Source: a virus. From it: 64,000 nt of DNA. Under the pieces are notes generated by a model. The model was not told the DNA's origin and did not search any database. It was given only the letters and a program-made list of their open reading frames with translations. The translations under genes and the position numbers were made by a program. The stretch lies in IMG/VR virus record IMGVR_UViG_3300020186_000396, positions 36,669 to 100,668 of that record, one strand, 5' to 3'. Below are positions 37,450 through 47,927 of this stretch, piece after piece (the stretch's first letter is position 1; each line of letters begins with the position of its first letter).

Positions 37450-40400
37450 ATGAGTAATTACGTATCGCTGCATAATCATACCTTTTTTTCCCTTCTCGAT
37501 TCTTTACTTTCACCCAAAGACCTCTTCGCCAAAGCGAAAGAGCTTGGCCAATCAGCAGTAGCAATTACTGATCACGGCACACTGGCAAACGCTTGGGATG
37601 CGCTCAAAGCGGCCAAAGAAGTCGGTATCAAATACATCGCAGGTTGCGAATGCTACTTCGTAAACGACGTAGCCAAGAAAGACGAAAAAGTACGTCACGT
37701 TATTCTTCTAGCAAAGAATGCTATTGGATATCGTAACCTATTGTTGTTAAACCGACACGGTTTCGACAACTCTTTGTTTTTTGCTAAGCGCGTTTACCCG
37801 CTTATTGATTGGAATCTATTGCGGACTCATTCGGAAGGTATCATCTGCCTTACGGCGTGTGGTCAGGGTATAGTCAGTCAGCTCTTAAACAATAAGAAGT
37901 TTCAAGAAGCGGAAGAGACTGTACAAAAGCTGAAGGAGATCTTCGGAGAAGATCTGGGACTTGAGATCCAACCAAACAATCTAAAACGATATGCCTCCGC
38001 TTACAATGACAGTATAGAACAATACTTTACAAATTTTCACACCATTCGTTTAGCTAAAAAAATGGGTGTTCGTATCGTTCCGACATCTAACGCACATTAT
38101 CTATGTAAGGATGACGCTAGCACGCACGACGTGCTTTTAGCCATCGGAGCTGGTCAGTCGACATACTCAAATGCTCGCATCAAGTATGATGTTCCTGAGT
38201 TCTATTTGCATTCTGAACAAGAGGTACGAGAGTTTTTTGAACGCACCAACACAGCAGAGGAAGTTGATGAGTGGATTAAAAACACCACACACTTCGCAAG
38301 CCAGTGTGAAGATCCAATTTGGATCGATCCAAAATTCTCCAATCCAACCGGCAAAGAGTTGCCGATTTTTCCAGTAAAGTCAGAACCTGAGTACGATCAA
38401 TTTATAACATGGTTGAATCAGCCGGAAAATGATAAACTAAAATTACTAGATCCTGACCAGTCCTATTTGCGATATCTTTGTTTTAAAGACGCAGATAGTA
38501 GAATGCCTCAGGACGCTCGAAAAGAGGAATACTTGGCCCGCCTTCAAGAAGAACTTGAAGTTATTGAGTATCATGGATTCTCTAGTTACATGCTTATCGT
38601 AGCTGACTACATTCGCTGGGCACGTAAGAACAATATCCTTGTAGGATATGGTCGTGGCTCGGTAGGAGGATCTCTCATTGCTTATCTTCTAGATATTCAT
38701 CGAGCTGACCCGATTCAGTATAAACTCATTTTCGCACGCTTCCACAACAAAGAGAAGACAAGTTTTCCTGACATAGATACCGATTTTGCGCCATCTGGAC
38801 GCAATCTAGTTCAAGATTATGTACGTCAAAAGTATGGAGCAGATCATGTTGCGCACGTTTCAAATGTCAATACGATCACACCAAAGGTCTATGCCAGAGA
38901 TATTTCTCGCGCATGTGAACTTGGTGGTTCAAGAGCAACGGCCGTGGATGTCGGAAACACAGTAGCTGATACACTTCCGGCAGATATCAAGAGTATCGAG
39001 AAGGCTTTACAAGAAGCTCCGTTGTTTGTGGAGTACACGAAGCGCTACCCTCAGTTTATTAAGTACCAGGACATATGTGGCAAGTACCGCGCATGGTCTA
39101 CTCATGCTGGTGGTCTCGTTATCTCAAATCGACCGTTGGCTGGTCTCATCCCTTTACGTAAGGATAAGGACGGAGCCGTAGCAATCGAGTACGATAAGGA
39201 TCGCGCAGAAGAAAATGGTCTTGTCAAGATGGACATGCTTGGACTCGAAACACTTGACATTATCAAAGACACATTTGAAATCATCAAGGCTCAAGGTAAA
39301 GCCGCACCACCTGATTTGATGACGGTTCCGCTCGATGACCAGGCAACCTACGACCTATTATCTCGCGGAGATACATTCTGTGTTTTCCAACTAGGTACAT
39401 CTAGCGGTACGATCGATCTTTGCAAGAAGGTCAAGCCAAAGAACATCGAAGACATCAGTGCCATCAACTCATTGGCACGGCCTTCCGCTCGTGACATTCG
39501 AGAAGACTTCATTAAAACAAAAGAAGGCCAGAAGCCTGTAAACATCCTTCATCCTTCATTGAATCGAGCGTTTGGCGGAACGTACGGATTCGGACTTTAT
39601 GAAGAGTGCCTTATGTATCTTGCACAGGACGTTGCAGGGTGGAGCCTTCATGAATCTGACCGACTTCGTAAGCTCACGAAGGAAAAGGGAAAGAATCCCA
39701 AGAAGGCCGCACAGTGGCGTAAAGACTTTATTGCAGATGCGATGAAGAACAAGCAGATACCTGAAAATATTGCCACCAGAATCTGGGACGAGGTTGTAGA
39801 TAAGTTTCAAGGTTACGGTTTCAACCTATCTCACTCTATTTTGTATTCAATGATGTCGTACTATACGGCGTATTTAAAGGCACACTATCCGGTTGAATTT
39901 TTGATGGCGAATCTCAAATCTGAAATTCAGTCAAACGTAAAGTCTGCTAAGAACGACATCGAAAAAATAAAGTCAGAAATCAAAAAACACAACGTCAAAA
40001 TTCTGCCGCCAGATATCAATCGTTCTTCGTACAGCTACACACTTCTAAATTCTGGAATGTTGATCACTGGATTTGAAGCATTAAAGTTCGTCGGAGAAGA
40101 AGCTATTAGCGATCTAGTATCTAAGCGGCCATTTAAAGATTTTACCGATCTGATGGTGCGTTGCGATTCTAAAGCTTTGAGGTCCAGCACCATTCAAGCC
40201 TTGGCCGCAACTGGATGCCTCGATGGTTTTGGGCTGACTAGAAAGCAAATCTACCTTTACTGCTCTGATTTCAGAAAGAAGCTTCAGTCATGGTCTAAGA
40301 AACACGATCCTGCCAAGGAAACGTTTAATTACCCGTGGCTTGAAGAAACAGATTGGCTCATTAGTGAGAAATACGCACTGGAGAAGATGTACCTTGGCGA

Positions 40401-40980
40401 GGCCTTTATTTGTAGCAAGAGACAGGGTTATGCACCATTTTTCAACGATTCCAATCAAGTTTTCGTTAGCTACGTGAGAAACTGCATCGAAAAGAAGCCG
40501 CTTCCATCTATGCGAGTGGAGGTCAAGAGTATTTTTGAATTCAAAGTGAAAAAGGAAGGTTCAAAATCGTTTGGTCAGGAAATGGCCAAGTTGACCGTAG
40601 AAGATGCCAATGGAGATCAATGTTCCTTGACGGTTTTTCCGGAAAAATACCGTCTCGTAAAAGAACGTATGAAGGGCCTATCTAAAGGGAAACACAAACT
40701 GGAAGAGGGTATTTGCATTCATTTTTCAGGGGTTACCAACTTCTACGAAGATGAAACAGGGATCCTATTGGATAATTTTTACAACTATGCGGCTCCTCCT
40801 GCCGTACCAGCAGACCTGAAGGCCAAGAAGGTGTCGTTACGTGCCGCCAAAGGGTCGAAAACAGCCCCGAAGCCGGAGGCTGAAAAGAACGAACATTTTG
40901 AAGATTTAGAAGATGAAATGTTTGACGAAGGCCTAATAGAATTCAATGATAAGGACGAAGATAACGACTACGACGATTAG
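37450..40980 (+). CDS. dnaE: DNA polymerase III alpha subunit
   Basis: PHP motifs (LHNHT, TDHG), GRGSVGGS, PDIDTDF, KMDMLGL, YGFNLSHS, YLKAHYP. Confidence 0.98.
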   Translation: MSNYVSLHNHTFFSLLDSLLSPKDLFAKAKELGQSAVAITDHGTLANAWDALKAAKEVGIKYIAGCECYFVNDVAKKDEKVRHVILLAKNAIGYRNLLLLNRHGFDNSLFFAKRVYPLIDWNLLRTHSEGIICLTACGQGIVSQLLNNKKFQEAEETVQKLKEIFGEDLGLEIQPNNLKRYASAYNDSIEQYFTNFHTIRLAKKMGVRIVPTSNAHYLCKDDASTHDVLLAIGAGQSTYSNARIKYDVPEFYLHSEQEVREFFERTNTAEEVDEWIKNTTHFASQCEDPIWIDPKFSNPTGKELPIFPVKSEPEYDQFITWLNQPENDKLKLLDPDQSYLRYLCFKDADSRMPQDARKEEYLARLQEELEVIEYHGFSSYMLIVADYIRWARKNNILVGYGRGSVGGSLIAYLLDIHRADPIQYKLIFARFHNKEKTSFPDIDTDFAPSGRNLVQDYVRQKYGADHVAHVSNVNTITPKVYARDISRACELGGSRATAVDVGNTVADTLPADIKSIEKALQEAPLFVEYTKRYPQFIKYQDICGKYRAWSTHAGGLVISNRPLAGLIPLRKDKDGAVAIEYDKDRAEENGLVKMDMLGLETLDIIKDTFEIIKAQGKAAPPDLMTVPLDDQATYDLLSRGDTFCVFQLGTSSGTIDLCKKVKPKNIEDISAINSLARPSARDIREDFIKTKEGQKPVNILHPSLNRAFGGTYGFGLYEECLMYLAQDVAGWSLHESDRLRKLTKEKGKNPKKAAQWRKDFIADAMKNKQIPENIATRIWDEVVDKFQGYGFNLSHSILYSMMSYYTAYLKAHYPVEFLMANLKSEIQSNVKSAKNDIEKIKSEIKKHNVKILPPDINRSSYSYTLLNSGMLITGFEALKFVGEEAISDLVSKRPFKDFTDLMVRCDSKALRSSTIQALAATGCLDGFGLTRKQIYLYCSDFRKKLQSWSKKHDPAKETFNYPWLEETDWLISEKYALEKMYLGEAFICSKRQGYAPFFNDSNQVFVSYVRNCIEKKPLPSMRVEVKSIFEFKVKKEGSKSFGQEMAKLTVEDANGDQCSLTVFPEKYRLVKERMKGLSKGKHKLEEGICIHFSGVTNFYEDETGILLDNFYNYAAPPAVPADLKAKKVSLRAAKGSKTAPKPEAEKNEHFEDLEDEMFDEGLIEFNDKDEDNDYDD

Positions 40981-41000
40981 TATACGCTACTAGTGAACTA

Positions 41001-41205
41001 CGTGGATGAATTGGTTAAATTTTTTTTTTGGGGGGGGTATATAATTCAGCAACGTGGAATGATGATGATTGTAAAACGTGGAGTTGGCAAATCGATCACA
41101 TCATGCCACAGATGAAGTTGTTATATGACTAAAAGTTGGGGGCTAGAAAATCTGAGACCTCGCAGTTCAAAAGAAAACATAATACACGGCGCAAATTTAA
41201 GGAAT
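41001..41205 (+). pseudogene. Second degraded HNH / endonuclease VII-like fragment
   Basis: WMNW..YNSATWNDDDCKTWSWQIDHIMP..WGLENLRP.SSKEN, broken by T and G homopolymers and a stop. Preceded by GTGAACTAC, the reverse complement of the IS right end. Confidence 0.7.
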
Positions 41206-41209
41206 AGAA

Positions 41210-41794
41210 ATGAAATGTAATAGTTGTGCAGCTGATATCCCGCCTCAGTGGGTTCATAGTATAAACACCAATACTTGTCCCGGCTGCGGTAGCGAGTTAA
41301 TGGATACCAAGGCTCAGAACATCTTAGCAGAAGTTCGTGAGGCCATGAACCAAATGCCTGCCAATCCTGAAGGGTTAGCAGGTTGGTTGCTATCTAATTA
41401 CAAATTAACAAAGGTAGGCGCCGCCGAACCTAGTGATTTTCATCAGCGAGTTAGTGGTCCAGATGATTCAGGATCTACTCGTCAGCCAGGACAACCTAAA
41501 GCAGCTACACCAGACGAAGGGACTCTTCTTTTCCAGAAGTTTCTCAAGCGTACTGGCGTCAAGATGCCGGATGTCGGAGCTTTGAAAAAGACTGCCAGAA
41601 CTACAGCCATAATGGATATCGATAACGATATTGATGACATGGATGATTCAGGAGATGTCGAAATAGAAGGTAATGAACTTCCATTTACAATGCCTGGGAC
41701 TGCGGCTGGCGATCCTCATGCTGCTATGAAGGCAAAACAAAAGGGAGCCCGTAACGCGATTCTTTCAGGTGCAGGTGGATTCAGGAGAAGCTAA
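41210..41794 (+). CDS. Zinc-ribbon protein
   Basis: MKCNSC...CPGCG. Confidence 0.6.
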   Translation: MKCNSCAADIPPQWVHSINTNTCPGCGSELMDTKAQNILAEVREAMNQMPANPEGLAGWLLSNYKLTKVGAAEPSDFHQRVSGPDDSGSTRQPGQPKAATPDEGTLLFQKFLKRTGVKMPDVGALKKTARTTAIMDIDNDIDDMDDSGDVEIEGNELPFTMPGTAAGDPHAAMKAKQKGARNAILSGAGGFRRS

Positions 41795-42117
41795 TGTTTA
41801 AGGTCATAGATTATAAGAAGATTGACCTTACAGAAGATGAATGGGGAATGTATCAAAACATTTGCCGCTCCTATGACCGCCCCAATTCAAAAGGTGAAGA
41901 TCTGTTCAAAGATTTATTTGAAACGGATGAGGATGGAATCATTATATTTTTGAAACCGCCATCGAAGGTATTTACTTCTATGGAAGTGTTTTTGTTTATC
42001 ATGAGCATCATGCAACACCAGCATTTACGGCGTATGGAAAAGAGAATAGACGACAGCATCCAAAAAATGGAAAAGCTGGCAACATCTAATTCGTGCCGTT
42101 GTCGAGAGACTGAATAG
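41794..42117 (+). CDS. Hypothetical protein
   Basis: Coupled 107-aa ORF. Confidence 0.6.
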   Translation: MFKVIDYKKIDLTEDEWGMYQNICRSYDRPNSKGEDLFKDLFETDEDGIIIFLKPPSKVFTSMEVFLFIMSIMQHQHLRRMEKRIDDSIQKMEKLATSNSCRCRETE

Positions 42118-42135
42118 TACATACTCAATATCCGT

Positions 42136-42696
42136 ATGGATAATACGGAAGCAAAAGTTGAAGACATGTCCTTGAACGGACCGGAGGAAACTCCAGATCC
42201 ACCAAAGATTACATTGGGCTCGATCATAGGTTCAAACCCTGTAGAAGAATTCAAAAAGTTCAATATGACCGAGGTACAATATGTACTGTCGAAGCTAAGT
42301 TTCGATCAGGTGATTGATGAGCAATCTGCGCTCGCATTAGCACAGCAAAGTCTTAATGCAGCTGATATATTAATAGAGTTCATAGCAAAGCTGACGAAGT
42401 CAGTATCGATCCTTGACAGCAAAGTTACTAATCTAAAAAACAAGGTCGCCCTTGCGTATAAGACCAGCGATGGTCGTACGACTGCCGAAATGAAGAAACA
42501 GGCAGGAGAGAGCGACCCTGGCGTTCTATTATTGCAAGAGCAGTTAGCGGAAGCTAAAGGAGCAAAAGTAGCGGTAGAGTATAAGTACGAAGTGGTCGTG
42601 AAAGCTCACCACCATTTTAAAGACCTGGCAGGCGGACATAGGAAGTTACATACGAACTCTCTGACGATTCAACCAAAAGAAACTGGATGGGGTTGA
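42136..42696 (+). CDS. Helical protein, possible UvsY-like recombination mediator
   Basis: Coiled coil with a K..AESDP motif, directly upstream of the recombinase. Confidence 0.4.
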   Translation: MDNTEAKVEDMSLNGPEETPDPPKITLGSIIGSNPVEEFKKFNMTEVQYVLSKLSFDQVIDEQSALALAQQSLNAADILIEFIAKLTKSVSILDSKVTNLKNKVALAYKTSDGRTTAEMKKQAGESDPGVLLLQEQLAEAKGAKVAVEYKYEVVVKAHHHFKDLAGGHRKLHTNSLTIQPKETGWG

Positions 42697-42737
42697 TTCT
42701 AGAGTTCTCACAACAAAGAAAATAATAAGGGTAAAAT

Positions 42738-43841
42738 ATGGCAAAAGAAGATACATTTTTTGATAGTTGGGCGAAGGCGGAAGAAGGACTTGAGATTGGT
42801 ACTGCTGATGAGATTGAGGCTGCGGTTGATATAATTTCAACGGGTAGCCCAGGACTCGATGACATTTTATTTTGTGGTGGTATTCCGTGTGGTCGTTTAG
42901 TCCAGTATTATGGACCGGCGGGCTCTGGAAAAACTATGATGTCGATGATTGCTATCGCTGAGGCTCAACGCAAGAGCCCAACTGCCAAGCAGTTATTTCT
43001 AGACGCTGAAGGTACATTTAGACCTGACTGGGCACAGAAGCTTGGAGTTGATTTAAAGCGTGTTATGCACGTTGCCGGACCTTCTGCTTCGAATGGAAGA
43101 AAAATCTTCGAGCTAATGCTTGGAGTTCCAAAGAAAGACAAAAAGAATCTTCCAGACGGTAAGTCTAAGGAGGGATTTTTCGATAAGGTTGCATCTGGGG
43201 ATCTGGATTTCAATCTTGTCGTTTTAGACTCACTCGGAGCAATTATTCCTCCTATGGAAGATACTGCCGAAGTTGGTAAACAAAACATGGCTTTGCTTTC
43301 TAGATTCTTAAGCACTGAGCTTAAGAAGGTCGCTTCAGAAGCGCAGAAGTCAAACGTTCCGGTAATATTCATCAATCACGTACGAGATGTAATGGATCCG
43401 TTCGCTGGTGGTAGTGGATACACGTTCGCTGGTGGAAATCAGCTGCGCCACTCGATGAGCGTCAACATTTTTTTCCAGCCTATGACGAAAAAGGAACTCG
43501 TCATTTTTGACGAAAATGAAAATAAAATTGGTCACACATTAAAAGCAAAAATAGAAAAAAATAAATTTGGACCTTGGCCTCGTGACTGTTTGTTCCGCGT
43601 AAAGTTCGACAACGGTGTTGTTGATCAAGAAGGTGAATGGTTTGATCTGGCAATACAGTACGGAATCATACAAAGACCAACTAATTCAACGTACACGATG
43701 AATGATTGGAAATGGGTTGGCCGTGAGAAAGCCATTACAGTTATCCAAGAGGGTAAGAACAACGAACTCGAAGTAATTAAAGCTGCGGTGATAAAAGCTC
43801 GCCAGGAAAAAGTCGAGAGCCGCGTTACCGTCAAGTCATAA
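42738..43841 (+). CDS. recA: RecA/UvsX recombinase
   Basis: STGS..LD..GGIP.GR, GPAGSGKT, FLDAE, VVLDSL, FINH, GG..L, KNK. Confidence 0.93.
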   Translation: MAKEDTFFDSWAKAEEGLEIGTADEIEAAVDIISTGSPGLDDILFCGGIPCGRLVQYYGPAGSGKTMMSMIAIAEAQRKSPTAKQLFLDAEGTFRPDWAQKLGVDLKRVMHVAGPSASNGRKIFELMLGVPKKDKKNLPDGKSKEGFFDKVASGDLDFNLVVLDSLGAIIPPMEDTAEVGKQNMALLSRFLSTELKKVASEAQKSNVPVIFINHVRDVMDPFAGGSGYTFAGGNQLRHSMSVNIFFQPMTKKELVIFDENENKIGHTLKAKIEKNKFGPWPRDCLFRVKFDNGVVDQEGEWFDLAIQYGIIQRPTNSTYTMNDWKWVGREKAITVIQEGKNNELEVIKAAVIKARQEKVESRVTVKS

Positions 43842-43846
43842 GTTTT

Positions 43847-44158
43847 ATGAGCAAAGAAGACATTACACTAACCCCGGCAGGGTCGGTGGGCGATATTAAA
43901 ACAGCAGGAAAACCGATCTATCTAGTGATAGTTGAGGAAGGCCTGAAAACAAAAACACTAGCCTATTATCTTTGCCAGAAGCTCGATAAACAAGAAAACT
44001 GTGTCGAGTTCCGCGGCCTGTTATTTACAGGAGCAAGCAACCTACTCGATACGTCGGATCCTCAATCACTTTTTAATCCGGCAAAAGTACAGGAACTAAC
44101 ATTCCCTTGGCATCGAGTAGTTCAAATAAAAAACCTCTCATTCAAAGCTACTAAATAG
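43847..44158 (+). CDS. Hypothetical protein
   Basis: 103-aa ORF. Confidence 0.55.
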   Translation: MSKEDITLTPAGSVGDIKTAGKPIYLVIVEEGLKTKTLAYYLCQKLDKQENCVEFRGLLFTGASNLLDTSDPQSLFNPAKVQELTFPWHRVVQIKNLSFKATK

Positions 44159-44169
44159 GAGATTCAAAA

Positions 44170-44547
44170 ATGGCAACTCGTAACGTAAAGCGCCCCACAC
44201 GGCGCACAGTTCGTGCAGTAAATGTAACTCGTAAGACCGTACGACCGGGTCGTACACCGGTTCGTGGATCAGTATCGGCAGATATTGATACAGCAATCCT
44301 TGACGGGGTTGTGCGTCTGTCCAACCGCGCTGTTGGTAAGACTCCATGGAGCGGTTCTATGACGGAACTTGAAGTCGCTCTTCGGAAGATAATTCGTCGT
44401 TCAGTTTCAAACTGGCCGCAGAACCCGCGTGCCATGCGCGCAAGCCTTGACCGCGTTGTTACCAAGCTTCGTCGTCTCGGAGTCAAGACTCGTTTTGGTC
44501 GTACCAGCGATCATAGTCGTAAACGTTTTGTCGAGTTTACTAGATAA
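44170..44547 (+). CDS. Arg-rich basic DNA-binding protein (winged-helix-like)
   Basis: Strong AGGAG SD; WSGSMTEL..WP.NPR..L.R..LR.LGV pattern. Confidence 0.6.
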   Translation: MATRNVKRPTRRTVRAVNVTRKTVRPGRTPVRGSVSADIDTAILDGVVRLSNRAVGKTPWSGSMTELEVALRKIIRRSVSNWPQNPRAMRASLDRVVTKLRRLGVKTRFGRTSDHSRKRFVEFTR

Positions 44548-44629
44548 ATAATCTGTCGAAAGACATCTTAATACACTTAATGTAAGTCAATCTAACTTAA
44601 TACCTTCAATCAGTTGTTCGGAGTTTATA

Positions 44630-45331
44630 ATGCAAAAATATGGCGAAGTGTCCTGGGGCGAAGTCCCTTCTGAGAGTATGCCAACCCGCGAAAATCGTGA
44701 CTCGTTTCTCCGTTTAGAGAAGGGACCGAACGTTCTTCGTATCATAACTTCTCCTTTCCAGTATACGGTTCACCGTTACAAGAGAGAGAATGATCCTGGT
44801 TTTGGCCAGCGTGTAATGTGTTCTATGGCGAATGGTGGCTGTGCGCTTTGTGCGCTCGGCGATAAGCCCAAGCGTCGTTGGCTGTTAGGCGTAATCGATC
44901 GCAAGTCGAAGAGCTTCAAGATCCTTGATATTGGTATCTCGGTCTTTAAGTCAATTCAAGGCCTCACTCGTGATGACGAATGGGGAGAGCCAATCAAGTA
45001 CGACGTCGATATCAAAGTCGACCCGAACGGTGGGGCTGCTAACTATTACGGTGTAATGCCGAAGATCCCGAAGCCACTCAGTGCAGATGATATTCAGATA
45101 AAGGATATGGTTGATGCTGAGGAGCTGAAGCGTCGTTGCCTTCCTCCAACACCTGACAAGGTGCAGGAGCGTCTCGACAAGATCCTCAACGGTACGCCAG
45201 CGCGGCCAGAAAGTGTTTCGGCACCGGCTCCTCGCCAAGTACAAGCTGTACAACCGGTAGTGGCTAACACAACGGTGGATATGTCTTCGGAAGAAGATGA
45301 AGATCTATCGTTCCCTAAGTACGGCTCCTGA
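44630..45331 (+). CDS. Single-stranded DNA-binding protein (gp32-like)
   Basis: FLRL..G.N.LRI, Cys cluster MC...CALC, YDVDI, acidic tail; lies in the replication block. Confidence 0.7.
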   Translation: MQKYGEVSWGEVPSESMPTRENRDSFLRLEKGPNVLRIITSPFQYTVHRYKRENDPGFGQRVMCSMANGGCALCALGDKPKRRWLLGVIDRKSKSFKILDIGISVFKSIQGLTRDDEWGEPIKYDVDIKVDPNGGAANYYGVMPKIPKPLSADDIQIKDMVDAEELKRRCLPPTPDKVQERLDKILNGTPARPESVSAPAPRQVQAVQPVVANTTVDMSSEEDEDLSFPKYGS

Positions 45332-45353
45332 TACTAGTGTAAGTAATTGAGCG

Positions 45354-45387
45354 AATGGGCCTGGTGTAAACCAGGCCCATTTTCTTT
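45354..45387 (+). terminator. Intrinsic terminator
   Basis: AATGGGCCTGG-TGTAAA-CCAGGCCCATT followed by TTCTTT. Confidence 0.85.
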
Positions 45388-45415
45388 ATGCAGGTGAAGC
45401 GATATATGATTGTTT

Positions 45416-46030
45416 ATGTCGCGTATTATTATTGGTATTGACGTTTCGAGTTCAACTATAGGTTGGGGTGTTTTAGAGAAAGACGGTGATGATATACGAT
45501 TCATAGATGCCGGATTTATCAAACCTAACAAAACTACAAAGAAACCTAAAAAACTTACTAAGAAGGCAGCGGCAGCTAAGAAACCTTCCAAAAAGCCGGT
45601 CATTACAACTTCAATATTTAATAGTTTGCATCAGGTAAAAGCGGACATTTCCGATTTACTTAAAAAGTATAAACCTGATGAGATTGCTATCGAAGATTTG
45701 GTAATGTTCATGCCGAAGAAAAGTACCGCCAGAACTATTATAACGCTAGCTATCTATAATAGAACTGTAGGGCTGCTTTGCTACGAGGCACTAAGTAAGG
45801 AACCATCTCTTTACAATGTAATGAGTATTCGGCATAGATTAAAACTAGATAAACAGTTTCCGGCTAAAGAAGATATGCCAGCTCTTATAGAACAAAGACT
45901 TACGATTCAATTTCCATGGGTCACTAAAACGGTAAAGAAAAAGGGCGTTCAAACGATAATAATGTGCGAAGAAAGCTATGACGTCGCAGACGGTATAGCA
46001 GTCGCGTTATATCACGCATTGACCACATGA
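45416..46030 (+). CDS. ruvC: RuvC-like Holliday junction resolvase
   Basis: IIGIDVSS..GWG, IAIED, DVADGIAVA. Confidence 0.85.
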   Translation: MSRIIIGIDVSSSTIGWGVLEKDGDDIRFIDAGFIKPNKTTKKPKKLTKKAAAAKKPSKKPVITTSIFNSLHQVKADISDLLKKYKPDEIAIEDLVMFMPKKSTARTIITLAIYNRTVGLLCYEALSKEPSLYNVMSIRHRLKLDKQFPAKEDMPALIEQRLTIQFPWVTKTVKKKGVQTIIMCEESYDVADGIAVALYHALTT

Positions 46031-47004
46031 AACGTACAGAGGCCCTTAAGATACTTGGTTTGCCAGATACCGCCACCGATGAGGAGGCGAAGAAAAAGTT
46101 TCGTGAATTAAGTAGGTTGTATCACCCGGACATTAACAAGGAACCAGGAAACGAAGAGCATTTTAAGAAAATTTCTTCAGCTTTCACGGCTATCCAAAAT
46201 CCAGAGCCAGAGCCGGAACAGCCTCAACATCATGATTTTCATACCTCTATTAATCTAGAGGATATGCTTAGAAATTTTCAAAGCGGTATACACTTTGGAG
46301 TTCGGCCAAGCAGACCTGTTAAACAAGTAAAAATAACGGTACCGATTTCTTTTGATGAATCGATCAAGGGGTGTCAAAAAGAAGTTACGATAGATCGAGA
46401 TGAAGCCTGCTCATCGTGCAGAGGAATTGGAGCTACATTTATACCGAAATCAACACCATGCCCGACATGTAATGATAAAGGTAAAATTGAAACTCAACAA
46501 GGAAACACTAAATTCATTAGAGCGTGCCCTAACTGTCTTGGTCACAATAAAATTAAAATAGATTGTAAAGCGTGTAATGGTAAGGCTGTAAAGTCTGCAA
46601 CAAGAGTTTGTAAGATTGAAATCCCAGAAGGTGTCGTTACAGGTAATTTGCTACGCTTGTCCAGAATGGGAAATTTTGTTCCATCAGGAATGGGTTCTAA
46701 TTACTTAGATGCATTCGTAGAATTAAACGTAACGCCAAGAAAGAATATGTCTTTGGTTGGCAATGACGTTGTATCGACCATTGAGGTGACGCTGCTGGAT
46801 TGTCTTCAAGGAGTAAAACGCAAGGAGCAAACCGTTTATGGCGAAGTAGAGGTACAGATCCCACCGAACACCAAGAACAAAGACGAGGTGTTGATCACCG
46901 GACACGGCGTGCGTTCTGCAAATGGAAATCATAAATTCACCATATTCACAAAATATCCGGACACGAACAAACTCGTAGAATTTCTAAAGAAGCTGGAGAA
47001 CTGA
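46027..47004 (+). CDS. dnaJ: DnaJ chaperone (J domain, zinc finger and C-terminal domain)
   Basis: LYHPDIN, four CxxC repeats, and a DnaJ C-terminal domain. Confidence 0.92.
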   Translation: MKRTEALKILGLPDTATDEEAKKKFRELSRLYHPDINKEPGNEEHFKKISSAFTAIQNPEPEPEQPQHHDFHTSINLEDMLRNFQSGIHFGVRPSRPVKQVKITVPISFDESIKGCQKEVTIDRDEACSSCRGIGATFIPKSTPCPTCNDKGKIETQQGNTKFIRACPNCLGHNKIKIDCKACNGKAVKSATRVCKIEIPEGVVTGNLLRLSRMGNFVPSGMGSNYLDAFVELNVTPRKNMSLVGNDVVSTIEVTLLDCLQGVKRKEQTVYGEVEVQIPPNTKNKDEVLITGHGVRSANGNHKFTIFTKYPDTNKLVEFLKKLEN

Positions 47005-47330
47005 TGCCATTTCAAACGTTTTGTGACAACGTAGGTTGTAAAAAAGAACAAACGCCATTGCTCGACGTCGATACAAATAAAGTTGTTTGCGGAGAATGCA
47101 ATCGACCAATATCGACAATCACTGATTTTGCCAAAAGACAAATGAAATCTTTAGGGCAGATAGTGCGTAAAAAGAAAACACAATCAGCTTACGTCGTTAA
47201 ATGCCCAAAGTGTTCCGTGGAAAATACACCTAAGATATCAGGTGACGAGTTGGTGTGCGCCTCATGCTCTTCTAAGTTGAATCTTAGCAAAACCTTCGAG
47301 CGATTAGTTCGAGGTGCAATCAAAGGATAA
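47004..47330 (+). CDS. Double zinc-ribbon protein
   Basis: CDNVGC, CGEC, CPKC, CASC. Confidence 0.6.
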   Translation: MPFQTFCDNVGCKKEQTPLLDVDTNKVVCGECNRPISTITDFAKRQMKSLGQIVRKKKTQSAYVVKCPKCSVENTPKISGDELVCASCSSKLNLSKTFERLVRGAIKG

Positions 47331-47333
47331 TTT

Positions 47334-47927
47334 ATGGAAATAATTCCAGTAACGGAAAAGCTAACAAAGTTTGTAGCTTCTCAGGCGCCACGTTTCGATC
47401 TGGGTGGGTATTCAAACCTGAAAAAGGCAGACTTAGGAAAGTCTTCTAGACTTGGTTTCCAGTATACTGGATTGTACGGAGAGTCTGCTTGGTATATTTA
47501 TCGATATGCCTCATTGAGAAAGTTAAAGGATTTGCTTGATTACAAATTCGATAATTACACCAAGACAGGCAAAGGCGATGGCGGCGAGGACGACAATCTT
47601 CGATTTGAAGGGCATGATCGTTTAGTAGATATCAAATCATCGCACATAACCGATTTTTCACAAGTCAGGTCTCTTAATTTAGTTATACCGCCTCGTGAGC
47701 TTCACGAGAACATGATCTACGTAGCAGCCTACACACTCGGTACAGATAAGACGAATCGTGAAAAGGTTGACCAAGTAATATTGGCTGGTTGGTGTCTTAA
47801 TGAAGAAGTCACTGACCGTTGGGGTTACGATCCGGCAAAATACGCAGTGCAGGTCAATAAACTGCACCCAATGCATGAACTCAACAAGGCTCTCGGCCGC
47901 TCTGGCGAATACATTGAAGCTCCCTGA
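47334..47927 (+). CDS. Putative restriction-endonuclease-like (PD-(D/E)XK) protein
   Basis: GLYGESA..GDGGED..VDIKS pattern. Confidence 0.45.
   Translation: MEIIPVTEKLTKFVASQAPRFDLGGYSNLKKADLGKSSRLGFQYTGLYGESAWYIYRYASLRKLKDLLDYKFDNYTKTGKGDGGEDDNLRFEGHDRLVDIKSSHITDFSQVRSLNLVIPPRELHENMIYVAAYTLGTDKTNREKVDQVILAGWCLNEEVTDRWGYDPAKYAVQVNKLHPMHELNKALGRSGEYIEAP

Noticed and set aside
41019-41038. T and G homopolymer runs as a phase-variation switch
   Set aside because: The surrounding gene lacks its 5' part and has a further stop, so slippage could not restore it. It may also be a sequencing artefact.
44151-44486. Arg-rich antisense ORF
   Set aside because: It is the shadow of 44170-44547, which has a strong SD and fits the operon direction.
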